Of a DNA stretch of 64,000 nucleotides, positions 20,631 through 29,851 are shown piece by piece. Every line of letters starts with the position of its first letter. Position 1 is the stretch's first letter. This stretch comes from Acidobacteriota bacterium (GTDB taxonomy: Bacteria > Acidobacteriota > Vicinamibacteria > Vicinamibacterales > SCN-69-37), in the NCBI GenBank assembly GCA_947467605.1, contig CANIII010000003.1, positions 74,154 through 138,153 of the forward strand, in the 5' to 3' direction. The translations under genes were made by a program, and so were the position numbers. The notes beneath the pieces were generated by a model. The model ran no database searches and was not told the origin of the DNA. It saw only the letters and a list, made by a program, of their open reading frames with translations.

Positions 20631-22004
20631 TCATCCGGAATGGTGCAGGAAGCGGAGAAACAGGGTGCCGAGCCCCAGAAAGGAGAAGAATCCGAAGACA
20701 TCCGTGAACGTCGTGATGAATACCGTCGACGCCAGCGCCGGGTCGATCCCCGCCGCACGCAGTCCGAGCGGGATCAGCGTGCCGGCCGTCGCGGCCACGA
20801 TGAGGTTGATGATCATCGCCAGGCACAGGATGCCGGCCAGGACCCAGTCGCCGCTGAACACCCCGACCGCCAACGCGCCGATCGCGCCATTGACGATGCC
20901 ATTGCCGAGGCTCACGGTGACTTCTTTGAGGAGCGCATCCCATCCGTTCGCCCACGACAGTTCGCCGAGGGCGATGCTCCGCACGATCACGGCCAGGGTC
21001 TGCGTGGCGGCATTGCCGCCCATCCCGGCGACGATCGGCATGTAGACCGCCAGACCGACGGCGACCGTGATCGTTGCCTGGAAACGGCCGACCACCCACG
21101 CGGCGAGAAACGCCGTCGCCAGATTGATCAGCAACCACGGACACCGCTTCCGAAACGCCTCGAACCACGGCGTTGACGCGCGCTCGTCGGCCGATACACC
21201 GGCGAGCCGCAGCGCGTCTTCCGTGGCCTCTTCCTTGATGACGTCGATGACGTCATCCACCGTAATGAGACCGACGAGCTTGTTCTCCGGGTCCGTAATC
21301 GGCAGCGCGAGGAGGTTGTAGGACGCGACCTGCTTCGCAACTTCTTCCTGGTCGGTGTCGACCCGAGCGCTGTAGACCTCGGTGGTCATAATGCGCTTGA
21401 GCGGTGTCCCCGGCGCTACCAGCAACAGCCGCCGCAACGACACGACGCCGACCAGATGCCGACGCGCATCCACGACGTAGAGATAGAACACCATCTCGAC
21501 ATCGCGCGACGTCTGCAGCGCCGTAATGGCCTCACCCGCCGTCAGGTCCTCGGACAGCGCGAAGACATTCGGGTTCATCAGGCGGCCGGCCGTCTGCTCT
21601 TCGTACTCGAGCAGGTCGCTGACACCGCCGCCGGGCTTGGGCTTGATCAGTTCAAGCACCGCCGCCGACAACTCATCCGGCAGCTGATCAATCAGCGCCG
21701 CGGCATCGTCTGACGGAATCTCCTGAGCGAGTCGCGCGATGTCGTCGGCTGACCGCAGCGACAACAGCTCCGCGCCGGCCTCCGCGCCGAGTTCCGAGAC
21801 GGCCTCCATCGCCAGCTTGCTGTTGCGCTCGACGATGATGTTGAAGGCGGTGTGACGATCCTTCTCGCCGAGTTCCGTGAAGATCTGCGCCAGATCCGCC
21901 GGATGCTGCTTGAGCAGCAGATTGAGCAGGTTGGGCGTGGCGCCCATCCGCAGCAGCCGTTTGACCGACTCAAACACGAGGTCGATACGTCGCTGGGAAG
22001 GCAT
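20631..22004 (-). CDS. mgtE: magnesium transporter MgtE
   Basis: MgtE_N region, tandem CBS pair, C-terminal 5-TM channel domain (GNAATQTLAVIVR.., DVFGFFSFLG). Confidence 0.93.
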   Translation of the reverse strand: MPSQRRIDLVFESVKRLLRMGATPNLLNLLLKQHPADLAQIFTELGEKDRHTAFNIIVERNSKLAMEAVSELGAEAGAELLSLRSADDIARLAQEIPSDDAAALIDQLPDELSAAVLELIKPKPGGGVSDLLEYEEQTAGRLMNPNVFALSEDLTAGEAITALQTSRDVEMVFYLYVVDARRHLVGVVSLRRLLLVAPGTPLKRIMTTEVYSARVDTDQEEVAKQVASYNLLALPITDPENKLVGLITVDDVIDVIKEEATEDALRLAGVSADERASTPWFEAFRKRCPWLLINLATAFLAAWVVGRFQATITVAVGLAVYMPIVAGMGGNAATQTLAVIVRSIALGELSWANGWDALLKEVTVSLGNGIVNGAIGALAVGVFSGDWVLAGILCLAMIINLIVAATAGTLIPLGLRAAGIDPALASTVFITTFTDVFGFFSFLGLGTLFLRFLHHSG

Positions 22005-22010
22005 CCATTG

Positions 22011-22016
22011 ATTGTA
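22011..22016 (-). promoter_or_regulatory. putative -10 box TACAAT exactly 6 nt upstream of the mgtE ATG (leaderless-type promoter)
   Basis: Minus strand reads cggtcTACAATcaatggATG. No Shine-Dalgarno between box and ATG. Confidence 0.45.
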
Positions 22017-22048
22017 GACCGCGCGGTGCGCTCGTCTTAAACGCTATT

Positions 22049-22496
22049 CACCATGAAGACATGAAGATGGCCGCTGCACGACTGCGAGGGCCGGCCGCGC
22101 TGCGGCCGCCAGGCCCTCGGGGCCAGCTACGCATTCACTGTGCAACAGGCCTTCCGCCAAGAAAGCTCCTCAGCCCATCCAGCAGCCGCGGCACGTTGAA
22201 GTTGATCAGCAGCGCCTGCGCTGCACCAGACAACCGCAGGTACGTGATCACCTGCGCGTCGTGGATCGGCAACAGATGCGCGCGGTGCAATCGGCGAGCC
22301 AGACATGAGGCCTGGCGGCCCGGCGTAGCCGGGCAGACGAAGCGGCGGCGCTGAGGCGAGAGAGCCGAGTCAGTGTTGCAGCGAGGCTCTATCGGCCTCG
22401 GCGCTGACGCTTCGTCTCAGCCGCCGCGGCAGCGGCGGCCGCCAGGCCTGACAGTTGGACAGAGGCCTTCTTCATGTCCTTCAGGCCTTCATGGTA
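22049..22496. repeat. ~450-bp non-coding island bounded by ~70-bp imperfect terminal inverted repeats that begin with CATGAAG repeats
   Basis: Left end caccatgaagacatgaagatggccgctgcacgactgcgagggcc.. versus reverse complement of right end taccatgaaggcctgaaggacatgaagaaggcctctgtccaactgtcaggcc... Shared ggccgccaggcc blocks. No intact ORF with coding character. Confidence 0.55.
22135..22300 (-). pseudogene. C-terminal relic of a GxxExxY (PD-(D/E)XK-like) protein gene
   Basis: Minus-strand frame reads ..AHLLPIHDAQVITYLRLSGAQAALLINFNVPRLLDGLRSFLGGRPVAQ*. This matches the conserved tail of GxxExxY proteins (..EAQLLnYLk.sg...GLLiNF....l). Upstream sequence lacks the GxxExxY core and a start. Confidence 0.55.
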
Positions 22497-22506
22497 AATG
22501 CCTTTG

Positions 22507-23382
22507 CTACAACTGATCCAACACCCGCTCATCGTCGCGCCAGTCGGACTTCACTTTGACATGCAGTTCCAGATGCACCTTGCCATCGAGCAGCTTCTGC
22601 AGGTCCACGCGGGCGTCGGTGCCGATCTGCTTGATCATCGCGCCGCCCTTGCCGATCACGATTGGCTTCTGCGACTCGTTCTCGACCAGGATCGTCGCGT
22701 AGATCGTCGTCATGCGGCCTGCGGCCTCGGGCTCTTCCCACTGATCGATGACGACCGCAGTGGTGAACGGCAGTTCGTCGCGCGTGTAACGAAGGACTTT
22801 CTCGCGAATCAGCTCGGCAGACATCGCGCGCACGGTCTGATCCGTGAGGTAGTCCTCATCGAAGAGCGGCTCCCCTTCTGGCAACGCCGCGAGGATTTCC
22901 GTGGTCAGCCCCTCAAGCCCATCCTTGTGAAACGCGGAGATCGGCACGATCGCCACGAATGGCAGCGCCTTGGCGTAGCCGGCAATGATCGGCAGAAGCT
23001 CGTTCTTCTTCACCGCGTCGATCTTGTTCATCGCCAGGATGACTGGTCGGCCTGCCTTCTTGAGCAGGTCGAGGACGTAGTGGTCACCGGCGCCGGTCTT
23101 TTCACTCACATCAATCACAAGCACGGCGAGGTCTGCCTCGCGCAGCGCCTCAATCGCAGAATCCACCATGCGCTGATTCATGCGGTGCATCGGTTTGTGA
23201 ATGCCCGGCGTATCGAGAAACGCGATCTGACCGCCCGGTACATTCGCCACGCCAAGAATCTTCTTCCTCGTCGTCTGTGGTTTGTCGGAGGTAATGGCCA
23301 CCTTGTCGCCGACCAGCGCGTTCATGAGCGTGGACTTGCCGGCGTTCGGCCGTCCGATGAGAGAAACGTAACCCGCTTTCAT
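22507..23382 (-). CDS. era: GTPase Era
   Basis: GYVSLIGRPNAGKSTLMNAL (G1), DTPG (G3), NKID (G4), C-terminal KH domain. ORF-track start 23547 trimmed to ATG 23382. Confidence 0.93.
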   Translation of the reverse strand: MKAGYVSLIGRPNAGKSTLMNALVGDKVAITSDKPQTTRKKILGVANVPGGQIAFLDTPGIHKPMHRMNQRMVDSAIEALREADLAVLVIDVSEKTGAGDHYVLDLLKKAGRPVILAMNKIDAVKKNELLPIIAGYAKALPFVAIVPISAFHKDGLEGLTTEILAALPEGEPLFDEDYLTDQTVRAMSAELIREKVLRYTRDELPFTTAVVIDQWEEPEAAGRMTTIYATILVENESQKPIVIGKGGAMIKQIGTDARVDLQKLLDGKVHLELHVKVKSDWRDDERVLDQL

Positions 23383-23404
23383 GTCTTCCGTTCTTCGGCC
23401 GGAC

Positions 23405-24553
23405 CTAAAGGTCTGGCCCTCCAGCGACCTGGGGTGGCAGCAGCCGCACCCGGACGCGATGAATGCGACGACGCTCCGCTTCGAGCACTTCCACTTCGAG
23501 TCCGTCGGTCGTGAAGCGTTCGCCCACCGATGGCACGCGACCGACACGACTCAGAACGAATCCGCCCACGGTCTCAAATCCATCGCCGTCGATCGACACC
23601 CCGAGCCGCTCCGTCATGTCGCCAAACGCGACTTTCGCGCTGAACACAAACGTGCCCTCGGCCTCGGCCACGATCGGCTCGACTTCAACGTCGTACTCGT
23701 CGCGAATCTCGCCGACGAGTTCTTCCACGACATCCTCCACCGTGACCAGGCCGGCCGTGCCGCCGTACTCGTCGACGACGATGGCGGCCTGCAGGCGTTT
23801 CTGCTGGAATTCGCGGAGCACATCGGCCACGCGATTGGTCTCTGGCACAAACGCGGCGGCGCGCATGAAGTCTCGAACGGGCCGATCGCCCGACGGCTGC
23901 TCCGGCAGTTGAAACAGATCCTTCACAACGATGAAGCCGGCGATGTTGTCGATGTTCTCGGTGTACACCGGCAGCCGGGAATATTCCTGCTCCTGCACGA
24001 GTCGGCGCAACTCCACCAGGGTCGCATCCGCGCGAATCGCGACGATGTCGGGCCGCGGCGTCATCACTTCGCGCACCTGCGTCTCGCCGAAGTCGATCAC
24101 CGACTTCAACAACCGCCGCGGCTCGGCGGGTGGCCCGAACCACGACACGATGAGCGATGTGATCGGCGCAAAGACATTCGCGATCACCGAAAACCCCGGC
24201 AACAACACTTGCAGCGCACGCTCGGGCGACGTGCGCACGAGCCAGGCCGGGAGCAATTGCCCAATCAGGATATTGATCGCGAGGCCCGCAATGAACAACA
24301 GCACGCCCGCCTCAAACCCGGTGCCGAATTCCTGCGCCAGCAGCACGACCACGGCGACGAGCAAGCCTCCGCGCACCACACGCGCGGGCACAAACAACTT
24401 GATCGGATCTTCAAGAAATGTGCGAAGACGATGATCCTCGTCGCGCTCGGCCTCGAGGCGATGAGGCAGACGCATGAGGACGCCGAAGGCGGTCTCGACC
24501 ACCGCGGCGTAGAGCATGCCGGCCATCGCCAGAAACAGGACGAGCGGAATCAT
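23405..24553 (-). CDS. hemolysin/CNNM family protein (DUF21 + CBS pair + CorC_HlyC)
   Basis: N-terminal TM region, CBS pair (VREVMTPRPDIVAI..), C-terminal transporter-associated domain. Canonical position between ybeY and era. Confidence 0.85.
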   Translation of the reverse strand: MIPLVLFLAMAGMLYAAVVETAFGVLMRLPHRLEAERDEDHRLRTFLEDPIKLFVPARVVRGGLLVAVVVLLAQEFGTGFEAGVLLFIAGLAINILIGQLLPAWLVRTSPERALQVLLPGFSVIANVFAPITSLIVSWFGPPAEPRRLLKSVIDFGETQVREVMTPRPDIVAIRADATLVELRRLVQEQEYSRLPVYTENIDNIAGFIVVKDLFQLPEQPSGDRPVRDFMRAAAFVPETNRVADVLREFQQKRLQAAIVVDEYGGTAGLVTVEDVVEELVGEIRDEYDVEVEPIVAEAEGTFVFSAKVAFGDMTERLGVSIDGDGFETVGGFVLSRVGRVPSVGERFTTDGLEVEVLEAERRRIHRVRVRLLPPQVAGGPDL

Positions 24554-24987
24554 CGCGTGACGCGGTGTATCAGGCCCGCGGGTAGGCCGGCTTTCTTACG
24601 CAGCCGTTCCTCGACGCGGCGCATCTCGCCGTTGTCGGCGCGATCGTCGTGGTCGTAGCCCATCAAGTGCAGGAGGCCGTGGAGCGCGAGCACGCGCAGT
24701 TCAATCGCCTCACTGTGCCCCGCGGATTTGGCCTGCCGGCGGCACACGCCACTCGCGATCGCGATTTCGCCGAGCTCTCCCGGCGCGATGGACGGAAATG
24801 ACAGCACGTCGGTCGCGTAGTCCTTCTTGCGAAACTGCGCGTTGAACTGGCGCATGCGGGCATCGGTCACGATGGCCACGACCACACGTCCGCGCGCGCG
24901 CGCCGGCGCATGTGCTTCCATCCAGCGTGCCAGCGTCTGCGAGCGCAGTCGGCGGCCTTGTGCGTCAGTGACTTCGACGTCGATCAT
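24550..24987 (-). CDS. ybeY: rRNA maturation RNase YbeY
   Basis: Zinc motif HGLLHLMGYDH; 145 aa; ATGA-type overlaps with both neighbours. Confidence 0.92.
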   Translation of the reverse strand: MIDVEVTDAQGRRLRSQTLARWMEAHAPARARGRVVVAIVTDARMRQFNAQFRKKDYATDVLSFPSIAPGELGEIAIASGVCRRQAKSAGHSEAIELRVLALHGLLHLMGYDHDDRADNGEMRRVEERLRKKAGLPAGLIHRVTR

Positions 24988-25955
24988 GGCGACACCGGCC
25001 GCTGCTGTTTGGTGAACGCTTCATACGCGCGCACAATGGCCTGCACCAGTTGATGGCGCACAACGTCGCGATCATCGAAGTGAATGACTTCGATGCCCTC
25101 GATGCCCTGCACGACCTTGAGGGCTTCGACGAGGCCGGAGACCTTGCCCGTCGGCAGGTCGATTTGCGTCACGTCGCCGGTCACGACGGCCTTTGAGCCG
25201 AAGCCGAGGCGTGTCAGAAACATCTTCATCTGCTCCGACGTCGTGTTCTGCGCTTCGTCAAGAATCACGAACGCGTCGTTGAGCGTGCGGCCGCGCATGA
25301 ACGCGATCGGCGCCACTTCAATCACGTTGCGCTCGAGCAGGCGCTCGACCCGTTCCGCGTCGATCATCTCGTAGAGCGCGTCATAGAGCGGCCGCAGGTA
25401 CGGATTCACTTTCTCCTGCAGATCGCCCGGCAGAAACCCGAGCTTCTCGCCCGCCTCGACCGCGGGCCGCGCGAGGATGATGCGATTGACCTTCTTGGCC
25501 AGGAGGAACGAGACCGCCTGCGCCATCGCGAGATACGTCTTGCCCGTGCCGGCCGGGCCCACGCCAAACACAATGTCTTTGCGCTCGATGGCGTCGAGGT
25601 AGTTGCGCTGGGCGACACTCTTCGGAGCGACCTGCTTGCGTCCGGCGGCCTTCGTGCCCGCGCGCAGAAAGTATTCAGGCAACTCTACGTTCGGATTCTG
25701 CTGCACGAGCTGCGCGGCGGTCTTCACGTCGCCACGCTGAAAGCGATAGCCATCGCGCAACAGCCCCGCGAACTGGCCAAACACCCGCTCCGCGCGCGCC
25801 ACGCCGTCTGCGCTGCCTTCGATCACCACGTCGTTGCCGCTCGTCCGCAACCGCACGGACAGCGCACTTTCCAACTGCTTCAGGTTCTCGTCGTAGGGGC
25901 CATACAGTGTCTCCACCCCTTCGTTTGGCATTGTCACGCGCGCAGCACTGGCCAT
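24984..25955 (-). CDS. phoH: PhoH family ATPase
   Basis: GPAGTGKTYLAMA Walker A, VILDEAQN Walker B. ORF-track start 26012 overlaps the ROK gene, so the start is placed at Met 25955 (25931 also possible). Confidence 0.88.
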   Translation of the reverse strand: MASAARVTMPNEGVETLYGPYDENLKQLESALSVRLRTSGNDVVIEGSADGVARAERVFGQFAGLLRDGYRFQRGDVKTAAQLVQQNPNVELPEYFLRAGTKAAGRKQVAPKSVAQRNYLDAIERKDIVFGVGPAGTGKTYLAMAQAVSFLLAKKVNRIILARPAVEAGEKLGFLPGDLQEKVNPYLRPLYDALYEMIDAERVERLLERNVIEVAPIAFMRGRTLNDAFVILDEAQNTTSEQMKMFLTRLGFGSKAVVTGDVTQIDLPTGKVSGLVEALKVVQGIEGIEVIHFDDRDVVRHQLVQAIVRAYEAFTKQQRPVSP

Positions 25956-25959
25956 GCAG

Positions 25960-26868
25960 TCAGGTCCTCTCCCACAGCCACGCGGCGCCCCGTACGCCGC
26001 TGGCATCGCCATGCACGGCTGGCACCAGCCGCGTCACGACTCGATCTGAAAAGATGTAACGGCCCCATCGAGCCGGCACGTTGGTGTAGATCCGCTCGAT
26101 CTGCGACAACCCGCCACCCATCACTATCACGTCAGGATCAACAACGTTGATCACGGTCCCGAGACTCCGGGCCAACCGGTCTTCCCACACGTCGAGCGCG
26201 GCCAGCGCTGCCGGCTCGCCGGAGGCGGCGCGCGTCACCACGTGTTCTGAGGTCAGTTGCTCCCCACTGTGCGTACGCCGAGCATAGTCGGCGGCGAGGC
26301 CCGGGCCCGAAAGAAAAGTTTCGATGCATCCGAAGCGTCCGCAGTAGCACGCCGGGCCCGGACGCTCCTCGTCAGTCGCCTGGGGCAATGGGTTGTGGCC
26401 CCATTCCCCCCCGATCGAGTTGGCTCCCACAATGAGCTGACCATTCACGACGAGCCCGCCACCCGTACCGGTGCCGAGAATGACCGCAAAGGCGACGGCC
26501 GATCCGGCCGCCGCACCATCGGTAGCTTCAGAGACGGCGAGACAGTTGGCGTCGTTCGCGAGGCGCACCTCGCGTCCGAGCGCCCGCGAGAGCTCTGCCC
26601 GGAACGGTCGCCCGATGAGCCATGTCGAGTTGGCGTTCTTGATGAGTCCGGTCTCGGGTGTTTCCGCGCCGGGGATTCCGAGACCGACCGTGCAGCAGCA
26701 CCCGAGCGCCGACTCGGCAGCGCGCACCAACTGCTCGATCGCCCCGATGGTGGCGTCGTAGTCGTCCCGCGGCGTGAGTACGCGTCGTTGAAAACGAACC
26801 GCTCCGGCGTCGTCGAGTGCGACGATCTCGATCTTGGTGCCGCCGAGGTCGATGCCGATGCGCATCAA
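25960..26868 (-). CDS. ROK family sugar kinase (NagK/Mak-like)
   Basis: MRIGIDLGGTK ATP motif, ANDANCLA, zinc motif GHNPL..CYCGRFGCIE. Confidence 0.85.
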   Translation of the reverse strand: MMRIGIDLGGTKIEIVALDDAGAVRFQRRVLTPRDDYDATIGAIEQLVRAAESALGCCCTVGLGIPGAETPETGLIKNANSTWLIGRPFRAELSRALGREVRLANDANCLAVSEATDGAAAGSAVAFAVILGTGTGGGLVVNGQLIVGANSIGGEWGHNPLPQATDEERPGPACYCGRFGCIETFLSGPGLAADYARRTHSGEQLTSEHVVTRAASGEPAALAALDVWEDRLARSLGTVINVVDPDVIVMGGGLSQIERIYTNVPARWGRYIFSDRVVTRLVPAVHGDASGVRGAAWLWERT

Positions 26869-28607
26869 ACGTTGCGAATGTGCAGCTCTCGCAGTTGCTT
26901 GGCGTCAACGGTGGACGGTGCGCCCGACATCAAGTCGGCCGCCTGCGCGGTCTTCGGGAACGCCATCACGTCACGGATCGACGACTCGCCGGCCAGAATC
27001 GCAATGATGCGATCGAGACCGAACGCAATGCCGCCATGCGGCGGCGTGCCGTACTCAAGGGCTTCCAGGAAAAAGCCGAACCGCGCCTTCGCGTCTTCGT
27101 CCGAAATGCCGAGTAGCGAGAACACGCGCTTCTGCACCGCGGGCGAATGAATTCGGATGCTGCCGCCCGCAATCTCCGAGCCGTTCAGCGCGAGGTCATA
27201 GGCACGGGCGCGGGCCTTGCCGGGGTTGGTGTCGAGCAGCGGCTCATCTTCCGGGCGGCACGACGTGAACGGATGATGCATCGCATTCCAGCGCTTTTCG
27301 TCCGCGTCCCATTCGAAGAGCGGGAACTCGGTGACCCAGCTGAACTGAAAATCGGTCGGATTGAGCAGGTTCTCTTTCTTGGCGACATGGAGCCGCAGAT
27401 TGCCGAGCAGCTTCGCCGTCGTTTCTTCTTCGCCGCAGGCGAGCAACACGAGGTCATCCGCCGCCGCACCGCATCCAGCGAAGACCTGCGCAATCGCGTC
27501 GCCTTCGATGGCCTTGGCTGAGGCTTTGTCGCTCTTGAGCCAGATCAGGCCGCTCGCGCCAAATTGCTTCGCGGCTTCAACGAGTTCGTCGACTTCGCGA
27601 CGCGAGTATTTGCCGGCGCCCTTGACGGCAAATCCGCGCACCACGCCACCGCCCGCCACGGCGTCCTTGAACACACCAAACGGCGACTCGCGGAAAACGT
27701 CGCTGACATCGTGAATCAACATGCCCGGGCGCAGGTCCGGCTTGTCGGATCCGTATTTCGCCATGGCCTCGTCATAGCCCATGCGCGCGAACGGCGTCGC
27801 GACAGTGAAGCCGGCGGTCTCGAACATGACCTTGATCGCGCCCTCAACGACGCCGTAGACGAGTTCCTCGGAGGCGAAGGACATCTCCACGTCGATCTGC
27901 GTGAACTCCGGCTGACGATCGGCCCGCAGGTCTTCGTCGCGGAAGCAGCGGCAGATCTGCACATAGCGATCCATGCCGGCAATCATCAGGATCTGTTTGA
28001 AGATCTGCGGCGACTGCGGCAACGCGAAGTACTCGCTCGGATGCACGCGGCTCGGCACGAGGTAGTCGCGCGCGCCTTCAGGCGTCGACTTGGTCAGAAT
28101 CGGCGTTTCAATCTCGAGAAAGCCTTCTTCGTCGAAGTATCGGCGTGCCGCGAGCGCGACCTTGTGGCGGAGGATCAGATTCTGCTGGAGCTTCGGTTTG
28201 CGCAGATCGAGGTAGCGATAGCGGAGGCGCGTGTCTTCCGACACCTGCACCTCTTCGTTGATCGGGAACGGCGGCGTCTTCGCGTCGTTCAACACGCTCA
28301 CTCGACGCGCAACCACTTCAACCTCGCCGGTTTCAAGCTTCGCATTGATCGAGTCTTTCGCGCGCGAGTCCACCCGGCCATAGACGGCGACGACGAACTC
28401 GGGGCGCACGCGGGCCGCATCGCCACCTTCCTCTTCGCGCACGACGACTTGCGTGATCCCGTAGCGATCGCGCAGGTCGAAGAAGATCACGCCGCCCAGA
28501 TCGCGAACGCGATGCACCCAGCCGAGTAGTACGACCTCTTTGCCAACGTCTGTCGTGCGCAACGCGCCGCAGGTGTGAGTCCGATATTCAAAAGTCGATG
28601 TCGTCAC
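26865..28607 (-). CDS. aspS: aspartate--tRNA ligase
   Basis: N-terminal OB fold (VLLGWVHRVRDLGGVIFFDLRDRYG), class II motifs (FRDEDLRADRQPEFTQ.., GGIAFGLDR). Confidence 0.95.
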   Translation of the reverse strand: MTTSTFEYRTHTCGALRTTDVGKEVVLLGWVHRVRDLGGVIFFDLRDRYGITQVVVREEEGGDAARVRPEFVVAVYGRVDSRAKDSINAKLETGEVEVVARRVSVLNDAKTPPFPINEEVQVSEDTRLRYRYLDLRKPKLQQNLILRHKVALAARRYFDEEGFLEIETPILTKSTPEGARDYLVPSRVHPSEYFALPQSPQIFKQILMIAGMDRYVQICRCFRDEDLRADRQPEFTQIDVEMSFASEELVYGVVEGAIKVMFETAGFTVATPFARMGYDEAMAKYGSDKPDLRPGMLIHDVSDVFRESPFGVFKDAVAGGGVVRGFAVKGAGKYSRREVDELVEAAKQFGASGLIWLKSDKASAKAIEGDAIAQVFAGCGAAADDLVLLACGEEETTAKLLGNLRLHVAKKENLLNPTDFQFSWVTEFPLFEWDADEKRWNAMHHPFTSCRPEDEPLLDTNPGKARARAYDLALNGSEIAGGSIRIHSPAVQKRVFSLLGISDEDAKARFGFFLEALEYGTPPHGGIAFGLDRIIAILAGESSIRDVMAFPKTAQAADLMSGAPSTVDAKQLRELHIRNV

Positions 28608-29851
28608 AACGATGTCCTGACTGCCTCTACCACGTGAGCGCGTGCCACCGCGCGTTGTTCGCTCTTGCGCATGTCGCGCAACGTCACTTCACCCCGCGCC
28701 AGTTCATCGTCGCCGACGATGATGGCCAGGGCAGCCTGCACACGATCGGCGCGCTTCAACTGCGCCTTCATGCTGCGGGCTTCAAATTCCATTTCCGCCG
28801 GAATACCGGCGACACGCAGTTCCCGGAGAATACGCAGCGCTTCGGTGCGCGGGGCCTCGCCGAGCGCCACCACAAAGGCGCGCGCCGGCGGCACGACCTT
28901 CACCGATTCCGGCAGAGCGAGCACCAGGCGTTCGATGCCGGCGGCAAAGCCGATGCCCACGCGATCAGGACCGCCGAGTTTTTTCACGAGGCCGTCGTAC
29001 CGACCGCCGCCGAGAATCGCGTTCTGCGCGCCCAGCGTCTGTCCGAGTACTTCGAAGGTCGTGCGCGTGTAGTAATCGAGCCCACGCACCAGGCGGTGCG
29101 AGATCGTCCACGGAATGCCGAACGCATCGAGATGGCTGCGCACGCCTGTGAAATGCGTGGCGCACGGCTCACAGAGGTAATCGACCGCGTGGGGTAATTT
29201 GTCGATGATCGGCTGATCGGCCGGCACTTTGCAGTCGTAAATGCGCAACGGGTTGATCACGGCGCGACGCTGGCAATCGCCGCACAGCTTCGGCAGGTCG
29301 TCGCCGAGCGCAGCCAGGAGCGCCTCATGGAACTTCGGGCGACAGTCGGGACAGCCGACCGAGTTGATGACGAGCTCCGCCTGTGCGATCCCGAGTTCGG
29401 TGACGAGCGACCACGCGAGATCGATCACTTCCGCATCAATCGCCGGATCGCTGATGCCGAACACTTCCACGTCGAACTGATGAAACTGGCGCTGACGGCC
29501 CTTCTGCGGGCGCTCATACCGAAACATCGGTCCCATCGAGAACAGCTTCGCAAATGGCAGCGCGTGCTCGAGGCTGTGCTCCACATACGCGCGCACCATG
29601 CTCGGCGTCGCTTCCGGCCGCAACGTGATCCGCTCACCGCCCTTGTCGGTGAAGGCGTACATCTCTTTCTGCACGATGTCGGTCGATTCACCGCTGCCCT
29701 TGGCAAACAGCTCTTCTTTTTCAATCACCGGCGTGCGAATTTCGGCAAACCCATAGCGATCGCACAGCGACCGCGCAATCCGTTCCACGAACTGCCAGCG
29801 CTCAACCTCGCCCGGCAAGATGTCGTGTGTTCCTCGAATGGCCGAAATCAT
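28604..29851 (-). CDS. hisS: histidine--tRNA ligase
   Basis: GTHDILPGE, MFRYERPQKGRQRQFHQ, GGGRYDGL class II HisRS motifs. Confidence 0.95.
   Translation of the reverse strand: MISAIRGTHDILPGEVERWQFVERIARSLCDRYGFAEIRTPVIEKEELFAKGSGESTDIVQKEMYAFTDKGGERITLRPEATPSMVRAYVEHSLEHALPFAKLFSMGPMFRYERPQKGRQRQFHQFDVEVFGISDPAIDAEVIDLAWSLVTELGIAQAELVINSVGCPDCRPKFHEALLAALGDDLPKLCGDCQRRAVINPLRIYDCKVPADQPIIDKLPHAVDYLCEPCATHFTGVRSHLDAFGIPWTISHRLVRGLDYYTRTTFEVLGQTLGAQNAILGGGRYDGLVKKLGGPDRVGIGFAAGIERLVLALPESVKVVPPARAFVVALGEAPRTEALRILRELRVAGIPAEMEFEARSMKAQLKRADRVQAALAIIVGDDELARGEVTLRDMRKSEQRAVARAHVVEAVRTSL

Noticed and set aside
22005-22134. Possible M-box (Mg2+) riboswitch upstream of mgtE
   Set aside because: A TACAAT box sits 6 nt from the ATG, implying no leader. 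The remaining upstream sequence is the inverted-repeat end and gene relic, and I could not recognise the conserved M-box helices. A covariance-model scan (Rfam ykoK/M-box) would settle it.
22061-22354. 97-aa plus-strand ORF inside the era-mgtE island
   Set aside because: Arg/Pro-rich, begins inside the left inverted repeat, and is the reverse strand of the GxxExxY relic. No RBS or promoter. Treated as non-coding.
22049-22496. Active insertion sequence or prophage remnant
   Set aside because: No transposase, integrase or phage-like ORF anywhere in the window. Only inverted repeats and a gene fragment, so called a decayed or non-autonomous element rather than a mobile element.
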